Source of the DNA: a virus
IMG/VR virus record: IMGVR_UViG_3300025018_000105
Reading direction: 5' to 3' (one strand)
DNA: 55,106 nucleotides
Below the pieces are notes generated by a model. That model was not told the DNA's origin and did not search any database. It saw nothing but the letters and a program-made list of their open reading frames with translations. Position 1 is the stretch's first letter. The number at the start of each line of letters is the position of its first letter. The translations under genes and the position numbers were made by a program. Positions 46,409-55,106 of this stretch are shown here, in pieces.

Positions 46409-46578
46409 TAAAAAATTGCATCTAACGCAAAAATAATCCGGAGCCGGTAGGGAGAATCGAACTCAAGGATCGCAAAAACTGGGTGATCAATTCCCAGCCA
46501 AGTATCCTTCACGGACGGCCGCCTTGTCTATCAGGGGCGGCTTGGTAGCTCTGCCCTCCCTGATTCGCAAGCCCTAAA

Positions 46579-47055
46579 TCAGGCTGCCTTCTTCTTGTCT
46601 GCGAGCGGCGCTTCGAGTTCGACCTTGGCCTTGGCCTCCTCTTCCTTCGAAGCGCGCCAGACGCTCACGCCCGCAGTGGTCTTGCCATCGATCTCGACCT
46701 CATCCGAGCGGGCCCAGAACTTGCGGAGTTCCTTTCCGTCACGGCCGTTCCAGCGCTTGCGGTTTGCAGCGAGCACCCGCTGGGGATCGTCGCTGTCCGG
46801 GATAAAGAAGCTGGGGCCGATGCGTTCGCCGTTGACATCCTTCGAGTAGTCGAGCTTCGAGAACGGATACTTCTCCGGCTTGGCCGTGCGCCCCGAGAAG
46901 GTCGGCGTGACCACAGCCTTCATCACGATCGGCACGTCAGCGGTGCCACCCGAGTCGATCTGTTGGCCCTGCTTGTCCACATACGGGTCGGCACGGCGGG
47001 CAGGCGTCTTCTTGGCAGTTCCGGCTTTGCGGGTGTTCTTGTTCTGGGTAGTCAT
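46579..47055 (-). CDS. basic hypothetical protein, possibly DNA-binding
   Basis: KYPF..SFFIP..GVSVWR motif; AGGAGG RBS. Confidence 0.75.
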   Translation of the reverse strand: MTTQNKNTRKAGTAKKTPARRADPYVDKQGQQIDSGGTADVPIVMKAVVTPTFSGRTAKPEKYPFSKLDYSKDVNGERIGPSFFIPDSDDPQRVLAANRKRWNGRDGKELRKFWARSDEVEIDGKTTAGVSVWRASKEEEAKAKVELEAPLADKKKAA

Positions 47056-47137
47056 ATTTCCTCCTGTGTTGTTGGTGATTCGTTTTCGATGCTGGTTGTT
47101 TGGCTCAAACGGAAACCAAAGTCAACTCCTTTTTTCA

Positions 47138-47767
47138 TCAGATGGCGGCAACCAGACTACGCACATCTTCGCTCACGTCAATGTAAGCTTCGGTAGTTTC
47201 GAGGTAAGCGTGGCCCAAGCAACGCTGCACATCACGGATCGTGGTGTGCGTGTCCTGACCCACCTGTCGGGCAAGCTTGGTGCCGAAGGTGCGCCGACCG
47301 GAGTGACTGCTGACGCCCTTGAAGCCTGCTTCCTTGGAGATCGCCTTGTAGGCCACGCGAAGCGCGTCCACCGAGGCTCGGCGGTGCTGGGCATCGGCCG
47401 GGATAGGTTCGTTCCGGGCGAGAATCCAGCGGAAAGGCTGAGATGAGATAGCGACGAACTCGGCACTCGGGTAGGCGTCCATGAAGGATGCGAGAGCATC
47501 ACGAACCACAGGGTGCATGGGCAACACGCGCTCGCGGTGGTTCTTACCAACGTGCGAGAACACGGTGATAGTGTCGGCGATGTCGCCCTCAATGTCGAGC
47601 ATGTGGTCGAGATCGATCTTGGCGATCTCTCCGATACGTAGACCGGCCTTGAAGGATAGCGCCAGCATCAGGATGTCGCGCTCGGGCAGCGGCGAGGTGC
47701 GGCGAGCCACTTCGCACATCTTGGCTAACTGCTTGTCGTTTAGGGTCTTGGCACGCTTGGTAGCCAT
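47138..47767 (-). CDS. tyrosine recombinase (catalytic domain only)
   Basis: GLRIGE, K, HSGRR, LGH, TEAY catalytic set. Confidence 0.9.
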   Translation of the reverse strand: MATKRAKTLNDKQLAKMCEVARRTSPLPERDILMLALSFKAGLRIGEIAKIDLDHMLDIEGDIADTITVFSHVGKNHRERVLPMHPVVRDALASFMDAYPSAEFVAISSQPFRWILARNEPIPADAQHRRASVDALRVAYKAISKEAGFKGVSSHSGRRTFGTKLARQVGQDTHTTIRDVQRCLGHAYLETTEAYIDVSEDVRSLVAAI

Positions 47768-47855
47768 GAGTTCACTCCTCGTTGTTGTTTCGGTAACACC
47801 GGTATGCATGGTGAACCGATTCGTGTCAACAACTTTGTGAACTCAAGAAGTGAAC

Positions 47856-48236
47856 TCAGTCTGTAATCGAGAACGGAGGAGTAGGCACACCTATGGCGAG
47901 GTGTTTCTTGTGCCACTTCACGCGACGTAGAGCAAGGGCGATCGAGTCGCACTTTGGTTGAAATTCTTCTGGAGCGATGAAACCTGTGTCGAGGAGCTTG
48001 CGGTTGTAGGCAAGCTGCAACATGAGGTAGTGAATAGCCGCGTCAACCACCATAATGTCGGTTTCTTGAACGAGCATGGTAAGATCAAGCCCTTGACTGA
48101 GATCAATCGTCTGCACGTCCATGACGTTGCAGAAGAAGAGCGCCCGATCAGCATTGGAGCATCCATCGATACCGGGTTGGTCATCAAACAGAACTTGGCA
48201 CGCGATTGCGCGGAACGGGCTTTCAGGCTGATTCAC
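47856..48236 (-). CDS. hypothetical protein
   Basis: GAGG RBS. Confidence 0.6.
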   Translation of the reverse strand: MNQPESPFRAIACQVLFDDQPGIDGCSNADRALFFCNVMDVQTIDLSQGLDLTMLVQETDIMVVDAAIHYLMLQLAYNRKLLDTGFIAPEEFQPKCDSIALALRRVKWHKKHLAIGVPTPPFSITD

Positions 48237-48730
48237 TTTTTATACCTCTGAAACTCAGGACATTGACAGTGCTCGAACTCGGGGTCCGAATTATCGAGCA
48301 ACATCCCACCCCACGTGGGGCAAAAATGCAGAGACGGGTTCAGGAACTTGCATTCCTCAGGGATCACGCCGCTGCGCTCGATTTCGTTACACGTGAGGGG
48401 GTTCATTCCTGCGGGCATTCGTCGCCTCCCCGGCTGCTCCCATGGATGGGACATTCGATGTGGTATCGGATCATGTTACGCCAGCGGTGCTTTTGACGTT
48501 TTTCGTCCCAAATTCGGACTTGCACATCAACTCGCTTGTCATCCGGAACCTTACCTTGGCATAGGCACTCGTCATCTTCCCAATCCTCTTGCAGAGGACG
48601 CGATGAGACAACCCGCCCGGAAACTTGCTTCATACTACCAGCCATAGGTTGCACTATAGCAATTTTCGCTTGACAATGCAAGCTGATTTACGTAGGCAAC
48701 GCACGAATCGGAGACAGAAAAGGAGACATC

Positions 48731-50989
48731 GTGAAGTTCAAGACAGCCGACGCAGAAGCCCAAGCAGAGGGCTTTGGCCACACCCAATCGTTTTCCATTT
48801 CAGCTAACGGGAAGGCTTTTCGTGGTCTGATCGACGGCCTGTATTCTCGCAAGATTGAAGCAGCAATCCGGGAATTGGCGACCAACGCATTTGATTCCCA
48901 CAAGATGGCCGGGTCCATCGCGCCTTTCGACATGCACTTGCCGAATGCGCTTGAGCCCAGCTTCTCGATCCGCGACTACGGCGTCGGCATGAGCCACGAC
49001 TTCATGATGAGCCGCTTCGCTATTATGTTCGAAAGCACCAAAGACGGCCTCAACGAAGAGGACGCGGGCTGCAACCCGAACGATCAGGTTGGGATGCTAG
49101 GTCTCGGCCGAATGAGCTTCTTTGCCTACACTGACTCGTGCGCCATCACGGTCTGGAAGGACGGCCGCGTCAAGCTCTATTCGGTCTATATGGGCCCGAG
49201 CGGCGAGCCTCAGATTGCCTACGCGGGCGGTGACGTGAGTCACGAGCCCACTGGCGTCAAGATTGAGTTCCCAGTCAAGAACAAGGACATCGACCAGTTC
49301 GAGAAGTCGGCGATCCGCGTGCTTCGTGGCTTTCCATCCATCCCAAATGGCCTACGTCAGCGCGTCATTGACGAGCTTCGCGTCGAGCCACTGGAAGGCG
49401 GTTCGGTGTTCAAGGTCTACCCCGAGGAGTATCTGCCGGGCTCTGGTTTCTGGGCCAAGCAAGGCTGCGTTCTCTACCCGATCGATCTACTGGAGATCGA
49501 TGATCGCGCTACCAAAACCACGAAGCAAAAGTATGATCATACTATCGGCGGATACGTCGATGTCAAGATCGTGGAGCATTCCGAAAAGTTCACAGCCTTC
49601 AAAAACATGAAGTCCACCTTCATCATCGACTTTCCGATTGGCTCGCTTGAGTTCGACCTAGGCCGCGAGCGTTTGGCTTACACCGATGACACCGTTGCTG
49701 CGCTCAAGTCGCGTTGGCAGGACATGCTGGATGACGTGGGCATCCGACTTGATACCGTTTTCGACGGAGCCAAGAACGATTGGGAATACCTGAGTCTTGC
49801 CGGTTTCCCCGCTTTGGAAAGCATGGGCAAGCTTTATCGCCAGACCGCACAATATCAAAAAGCCGATGAGCTTCGAGCCAAGTTCCTCGCGTTTATCGCG
49901 CCCACCCGCAAGCAGAGAAGCCCGGCATATCCGATCTTCTCGATCGTCTACCGTAAGGAGGGCAGTGACTACTATTCGCTCGTATACGACCGTGACGATC
50001 CTCGCTTGAAAGACTTCACAAGTGGTGTCCCGAAAGACCTCCACAAGTCAGTTTTCATCATCCTCGACAGGACTGGTCAGAACAACACTCGTATCGGGCA
50101 TTACCTGACAAAGAACGATCTCGTTTACGGGTTCACGATCCAAGAAGCCGACTTCGACAAGAAGCTGCACAAGGCTCTGGGGACGCCTCCCATCATCAAA
50201 GCAAGCGATCTCGAACTGCCTCCCAAGCCCGAGATGCCACGTGATTCGAATGGTATCGAATACGCCTACGGTGGTTTCGATCGGATGAAAGTGTTCGAAG
50301 GAGGCCACCTCGTGGCTGCTCTGGATGAATCGGATTACGAGGGGCACTTGTTCGCTTACGTAAACTGCGGTGAGTGCTGGAACCCGGACCCGGACAAGTA
50401 TCCTGACCGGACACTTGCTGAGGTTAACACCCTCAACAAGGTCCTGAAAGAGTTTGGAGGGCCTACGATTTCGGTGATCAATATCCGGAAAAATGAGTTC
50501 GAAAAGCTGGACCGTTGGTCTGACTTTCCGCTCTATTATGGCGTGGAAGATACGATCGATGGGCTCTTGACTTTCCGCGACATTCGAGATATGGTGAACA
50601 TCCTCAATCACGAACGCTTCTACAATTCGCGCTACTACTGGGCCCTCCAACGGTGGAAAAGCGCCGGTATGGAGAAGACGGGGGAGCTTTACGAACTTGG
50701 CCGTTTCGAGAAACGCTATGACCAGATTCTGCGTGAGCGTCGTTCCAACCTCGACACTTACCTGCATATCTACCCGCCCTTGACGGAGATCGTCATCACG
50801 CGGGCACTCGCCTATGGCCTCGAAGTCCTCCCTGAGCAAATCCGCTACAAGAATTTCTACCCTTACCCGTTGATGTCACCGCGCTGGGAACGTTTTATCC
50901 ACCTCATAAACAAAGTCAATATTGTCGGCTCAGGGCCCCCGGAAAGCAAACTGGTATACACCGCAATTAAGGAGCAAATCGGATGCTGA
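48731..50989 (+). CDS. rIIA: rIIA-like protein (N-terminal GHKL ATPase)
   Basis: LYSRKIEAAIRELATNAFDSH, IRDYGVGM, GMLGLG, FAYTD. Confidence 0.9.
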   Translation: MKFKTADAEAQAEGFGHTQSFSISANGKAFRGLIDGLYSRKIEAAIRELATNAFDSHKMAGSIAPFDMHLPNALEPSFSIRDYGVGMSHDFMMSRFAIMFESTKDGLNEEDAGCNPNDQVGMLGLGRMSFFAYTDSCAITVWKDGRVKLYSVYMGPSGEPQIAYAGGDVSHEPTGVKIEFPVKNKDIDQFEKSAIRVLRGFPSIPNGLRQRVIDELRVEPLEGGSVFKVYPEEYLPGSGFWAKQGCVLYPIDLLEIDDRATKTTKQKYDHTIGGYVDVKIVEHSEKFTAFKNMKSTFIIDFPIGSLEFDLGRERLAYTDDTVAALKSRWQDMLDDVGIRLDTVFDGAKNDWEYLSLAGFPALESMGKLYRQTAQYQKADELRAKFLAFIAPTRKQRSPAYPIFSIVYRKEGSDYYSLVYDRDDPRLKDFTSGVPKDLHKSVFIILDRTGQNNTRIGHYLTKNDLVYGFTIQEADFDKKLHKALGTPPIIKASDLELPPKPEMPRDSNGIEYAYGGFDRMKVFEGGHLVAALDESDYEGHLFAYVNCGECWNPDPDKYPDRTLAEVNTLNKVLKEFGGPTISVINIRKNEFEKLDRWSDFPLYYGVEDTIDGLLTFRDIRDMVNILNHERFYNSRYYWALQRWKSAGMEKTGELYELGRFEKRYDQILRERRSNLDTYLHIYPPLTEIVITRALAYGLEVLPEQIRYKNFYPYPLMSPRWERFIHLINKVNIVGSGPPESKLVYTAIKEQIGC

Positions 50990-52044
50990 GTTTCACAATC
51001 AACCGTTCGTGCATCACTATCCTCTACAAGGCAGATGTTTTCTCGATCGACGAAAGCCATATCAACTACGGCACGATCCGGGACGAACTCAAGAAGCCGG
51101 TATCCGAGCGTGATGTTCAGAAGATCGTCGAATGGGCATCGGTCAAGCGCGCCGTCGAGATCATGTCCGAAGGACGCGTCACCGTCACGAACAGCGAAGT
51201 GTGCTTCGACGGACAGCCGGTCCACAACTATATGGCGAAGCGCATGATGGACCTGCTCCTCGACGGCTTCGACCTGACGCCGTGGGCCCGATTCATGAAC
51301 AATGTCTACGAGAATCCGGCGAAGTATGCTCACGATGAGCTTTACGAATGGATGGAAAAGGCGGAAATGCCGCTGACCGACGATGGTCACTTCCTCGCGT
51401 TCAAGAAGGTGCGTGAAGACTTCACGGACTGCCACACCGGTAAGTTCGACCACTCCCCCGGCACCATCATCGAGATGCCCCGCGAGCAATGCGATCCCAT
51501 CCGGACGAACCACTGCTCGACTGGCTTCCATTTCTGCTCGGTCGGCTACCTGTCGCAGTTCAGCGGACAGCGCGTAGTGATTGTGAAGATCAATCCGCGT
51601 GATGTTACCTCGATCCCGAACGACTACGGCTACACCAAGGGACGCTGCTGCCACTACGAGGTCGTCGCTGAACTGGCGTCGGAGAGCGCTGCGAGGGACA
51701 AGGTGTGGAAGAAGGGCGTCGTCAATCTCGAAGACCCGGCCGAGTTCCCGAAGGAGGTGCTTGCTCAGGTCAAGTTCCCTGCGGCGGCCGGTGAACCTGA
51801 GACGCTTTCCGACATCGTAGCCGAGGCGCTGGACAACGGCAGCAATGGCGAAGCGGATGTGACTTCGACGGAAGAACTCCCGGAAGCGAACGATCTTCTG
51901 TTCAAGACGAGCGATGGTCGGGTCTTCTCCCCCGAACAGGTGACCGCCGCTCTGGAAGAAGCGTCTGCGATCCGTGCCGCCGCTCGTGAACTCAACATCG
52001 GCGAATCAACTCTGAGGGGGTGGAAGAAGAAGCTGGAAGGCTGA
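50983..52044 (+). CDS. rIIB: rIIB-like protein with C-terminal HTH
   Basis: DGHFLAFKKVR, CSTGFH, VKINPRDVTSIP, RCCHYEVV. Confidence 0.92.
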   Translation: MLSFTINRSCITILYKADVFSIDESHINYGTIRDELKKPVSERDVQKIVEWASVKRAVEIMSEGRVTVTNSEVCFDGQPVHNYMAKRMMDLLLDGFDLTPWARFMNNVYENPAKYAHDELYEWMEKAEMPLTDDGHFLAFKKVREDFTDCHTGKFDHSPGTIIEMPREQCDPIRTNHCSTGFHFCSVGYLSQFSGQRVVIVKINPRDVTSIPNDYGYTKGRCCHYEVVAELASESAARDKVWKKGVVNLEDPAEFPKEVLAQVKFPAAAGEPETLSDIVAEALDNGSNGEADVTSTEELPEANDLLFKTSDGRVFSPEQVTAALEEASAIRAAARELNIGESTLRGWKKKLEG

Positions 52045-52065
52045 CCTCTCTCATTTAGAGAACCA

Positions 52066-53871
52066 ATGGAACTTGACCTCTACTATAAAGACGGACGGTT
52101 CCTCGCTGATGCCGCCGAAGAACACTGGGGCGATCTGAGAGGAGCTGGCTTTGTCTTTGACCGGATCAACCGTGTCTACCAGACTTCGGACTGGAAGAAC
52201 GCTGAGCCCTTTGTTGAATATGCTGCTGATGATGAGACCTACGATTATCTCAAGGGTCTCATCGACGAGCGTGACGAAGCGATGGAGGCGTCCTACTCGA
52301 TGTATGTGGACGCCGAGATCGCGGTTCCGGACATCTACAATCACAAGGGCGAAAAGCTCGATTATTTACCTTACCAAAAGGCTGGCATCCTTTACGCGGC
52401 CGAGCGACGAGACACATTGATCGGCGATCCGCCCGGCCTAGGGAAGACGATTCAAGCAATAGGACTGATTAATCACCTAGACCTTCGATGTGGCATCATC
52501 GTGTGCCCAGCTACCTTAAAGCTTAACTGGCTCAAGGAAATGGCGAAGTGGTTGTTCGATAAGGGCCTAACCGTGGGCGTCGCCTATGGCGGCGAAATCC
52601 CAGAGACCGATTTCGTGATCATTAACTATGACATCCTTAATCGCAACAAGGATGCACTGTGGGCGGAACATTGGGACATCCTGATCTGCGACGAAGCCCA
52701 GTATCTTTCCAATGGGGAATCGAAGCGAACACAGGCGATCTTTGGCACCTACAAATGGGACTACAAGTCTGAAAAATTTGAGCGCATGAAGCAACGAATG
52801 CGCTGCAACCACGTTGACAAATCCATACGGATGGCCTGTCTACGCGCCGAGTATCGCCTGATGCTGACCGGCACGCCGATGATGAAGCAGCCGAAGGATA
52901 TGTGGACGATAATCCGCGACTTCGACCCTCGCGGGCTTGGCAATAACTGGGAGCACTTTGCCTTCACTTATTGCGATGCCACCATGACCGCGTTCGGGAT
53001 GGACGCATCAGGCGGCTCGAACCTAGAAGAGTTGAACGAATACCTTCGACGAACCTTCATGATCCGGCGCTTGAAAAAGCACGTGCTTTCAGACCTACCG
53101 GCCAAGACGCGCGAAGTCGTGGTCTTCCCGCCCGAAGGGATGAAGCGGATCATCAAGACTGAGCGTGACAAGTTCACTAAAGCGCTGGCTATGCTCGATG
53201 CTGCCAACCTAGGAGAGGAATACAAGCCCGAGGTGGCGCTGGAAGAGCAAGACCCGGCATTTATACTCGATACAATGACACGGTTCCTTCCACAAGGATT
53301 CGATTCGCCCGAGATCGACCAGCTTGATCCGGGCGAGGTTCAGCCCGGTTTTGCTGCCTATTCCGAAGCGCGTCACGATCTGGCGCTGTCCAAGGTCCCG
53401 ATGGCGGTGGAGCACATCAAGCGCCTTGTGGACGCTGGAGAGAAGGTCATCGTCTTTGCAATCCACAAGGATGTGGTTGCCAAGGTCCATGAGGCTTTTC
53501 CCACGGCCGCCCGGATCATTGGCGGTCTAGGGGCCAAGAAAGTGGAGGCCGAAAAGCTTCGGTTTCAAGGCGATAACGACAACGGCATCGAGCCCGATCC
53601 GGAATGTCGGGTCATCATCTGTAACCTCAAGGCGGGTGGTGTCGGCCACACCCTGACCGAAGCCACCGTCGTTTGCTTCCTAGAAATGTGGTCGGTGCCC
53701 GGCGACATGGAACAATGCGAGGACCGCGCCCACCGCATCGGTCTCGAACACAATGTGCTGGTGCAATATCTCGTGGTCGATGGCACCATCGACGCCCTGA
53801 CAATTCAAGACCTCGTAACCCGCATTGCAATGGTGCAAGAGGGCGTAGATGGTAAACGTGCTGCTGCTTAG
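52066..53871 (+). CDS. SNF2-family helicase
   Basis: DPPGLGKTIQA, DEAQ, LTGTP, GVGHTLT, QCEDRAHRIG. Confidence 0.92.
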   Translation: MELDLYYKDGRFLADAAEEHWGDLRGAGFVFDRINRVYQTSDWKNAEPFVEYAADDETYDYLKGLIDERDEAMEASYSMYVDAEIAVPDIYNHKGEKLDYLPYQKAGILYAAERRDTLIGDPPGLGKTIQAIGLINHLDLRCGIIVCPATLKLNWLKEMAKWLFDKGLTVGVAYGGEIPETDFVIINYDILNRNKDALWAEHWDILICDEAQYLSNGESKRTQAIFGTYKWDYKSEKFERMKQRMRCNHVDKSIRMACLRAEYRLMLTGTPMMKQPKDMWTIIRDFDPRGLGNNWEHFAFTYCDATMTAFGMDASGGSNLEELNEYLRRTFMIRRLKKHVLSDLPAKTREVVVFPPEGMKRIIKTERDKFTKALAMLDAANLGEEYKPEVALEEQDPAFILDTMTRFLPQGFDSPEIDQLDPGEVQPGFAAYSEARHDLALSKVPMAVEHIKRLVDAGEKVIVFAIHKDVVAKVHEAFPTAARIIGGLGAKKVEAEKLRFQGDNDNGIEPDPECRVIICNLKAGGVGHTLTEATVVCFLEMWSVPGDMEQCEDRAHRIGLEHNVLVQYLVVDGTIDALTIQDLVTRIAMVQEGVDGKRAAA

Positions 53872-53880
53872 GAGTTTGCT

Positions 53881-54294
53881 ATGCGTTTTGGTAAGAAAAA
53901 TCTGTTCTCATTTCTTGATTGGCGGAAGGATGGTGGTGACAAAAGCACTGTCACAGGCTTTTTCTTCATCGCAATCAAGCCACTCTTTTCAATTGTTCTT
54001 CTTCGCTTCGACGGAGAGAGCCGAGAGGCATTTCACACGCACGCCTTTAACTGCATTTCATGGTTGGTGAAGGGTGAGCTTCATGAGGAGATGCGTGACG
54101 GCCGGACTTACAAGATCAAGCAATCGCTCTTTCCATTCCTAACGACCCGTAAGGATTTCCACAAAGTGTCTTCGGTGACTCCAGTTTCGTGGGTCTTCTC
54201 GATCCGAGGACCTTGGGCCAGTAAGTGGATGGAGCATCTACCGAACGAGGATCGTGACCGGACACTCACCCATGGTCGTATCGAAGTCGCCTAG
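53881..54294 (+). CDS. cupin-like hypothetical protein
   Basis: FHTHAF..GELHEE..FHKV..IRGP. Confidence 0.7.
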   Translation: MRFGKKNLFSFLDWRKDGGDKSTVTGFFFIAIKPLFSIVLLRFDGESREAFHTHAFNCISWLVKGELHEEMRDGRTYKIKQSLFPFLTTRKDFHKVSSVTPVSWVFSIRGPWASKWMEHLPNEDRDRTLTHGRIEVA

Positions 54295-54307
54295 CGTCAG
54301 CGTCCTT

Positions 54308-54478
54308 ATGGAGAATCCGACGGGCATTGACGAAGCAATCGCTCTGATGATCGGAGGCTTTCTGATCACCGTTATACTCGTAGCGTTCACTTACTACGAG
54401 ATGGACAACAAGATTTACCAAGGTGTTTCACGCGGCATCAAAAATGCATTCCGCTTCTTAGCTCGTCGCAAAGGGTAA
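54308..54478 (+). CDS. small membrane protein
   Basis: Single TM segment. Confidence 0.5.
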   Translation: MENPTGIDEAIALMIGGFLITVILVAFTYYEMDNKIYQGVSRGIKNAFRFLARRKG

Positions 54479-54541
54479 TTTTTGCTTGACAATCACCGCA
54501 ATTTTTACTAGAACATTACCACCTTAACCAAGGAACCTCCT

Positions 54542-55106
54542 ATGAATATGCCCCTGACGATGCCGCAAGCGCGCCGCACCGCGCCTGAGTGGCAAGCCAA
54601 GATCACTCGCAACAGGGCGATCGCAAACGCAACCGGTATCAATGGAGCGATCCAAATCTACAAGGGGCGTTATTTCTGGCCTCTGGTTCCATGCCATCCC
54701 GGTAACGACATTGACATCGAGACGATCGCACACGCCACTGCGACCTTACCACGTTGGGGCGGGCAGTCGGCAGACGAGAACGGTGACCCAATTCAGCTTT
54801 CGATCGCTCAGCATCAGGTCCATGTGTCCGAGATCGCCGAGCGCTCCTACACTGAAATCGTGCCCAAGTGGGACTGGACGGGCTCCGCCTCTCCGGCTCT
54901 CTATGGGCTCGTCCACGACGCCGCTGAGGGCTACGGGTTTGCGGATGTCTGTCGCCCGGTCAAGAAGCAGCTTGTAGGCTACTCCGAGGCCGAGAAAGCG
55001 CTGCTTGATGAAATCTGTCGAGTGCTCAAGGTCCCGCGAGATATGGCGATCGAAGAATGTGTTCGTCGCATCGATAACATGATGGTGTTCCTCGAACGCG
55101 ACGAAA
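54542..55106 (+). CDS. HD-domain nucleotidase (YfbR/YfdR-like), truncated by the window end
   Basis: IETIAHA..RWGG..SIAQH..GLVHDAAE..DV.RPVK. Confidence 0.85.
   Translation, partial: MNMPLTMPQARRTAPEWQAKITRNRAIANATGINGAIQIYKGRYFWPLVPCHPGNDIDIETIAHATATLPRWGGQSADENGDPIQLSIAQHQVHVSEIAERSYTEIVPKWDWTGSASPALYGLVHDAAEGYGFADVCRPVKKQLVGYSEAEKALLDEICRVLKVPRDMAIEECVRRIDNMMVFLERDE

Noticed and set aside
47138-47767. Evidence for an integrated prophage or attP
   Set aside because: The recombinase lacks arm-binding domains, and no att duplication or host flank is visible.
1-55106. Genome-wide TAG reassignment
   Set aside because: Long genes lack internal TAG, and several genes (ending 6511, 9834, 11628) stop at TAG before promoters or the next gene.

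Overview
This window is part of a large lytic-type dsDNA phage of an alphaproteobacterium. A phiCbK/Lacusarx-like siphovirus is inferred from gene content, a permuted alpha-type tmRNA and GANTC-rich promoters; no database search was run. 1-30.6 kb is a + strand array of small accessory genes that includes a PNK-type kinase, thioredoxin, nucleotidyltransferase, NDT-like, SLOG, BCS1-like AAA, Pth2-like and an NMNAT-Nudix/NAMPT NAD+ salvage pair. 30.7-39 kb is a - strand block with a metallophosphoesterase, RtcB and a primase-helicase. 39-46.6 kb is a - strand RNA island with about 33 tRNAs covering all 20 amino acids, a two-piece tmRNA and several unexplained structured RNAs. A tyrosine recombinase, rIIA/rIIB, an SNF2 helicase and an HD hydrolase follow. 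Main finding: the tRNAs form three operons that nearly partition the 20 amino acids. Each operon starts with a sigma70 promoter, a short leader ORF made mostly of the amino acids whose tRNAs lie downstream, and mutually exclusive terminator/antiterminator helices. This looks like ribosome-mediated attenuation that switches on replacement tRNAs when the matching host tRNAs are depleted. Coordinates and folds were read by hand and may be off by a few bases.
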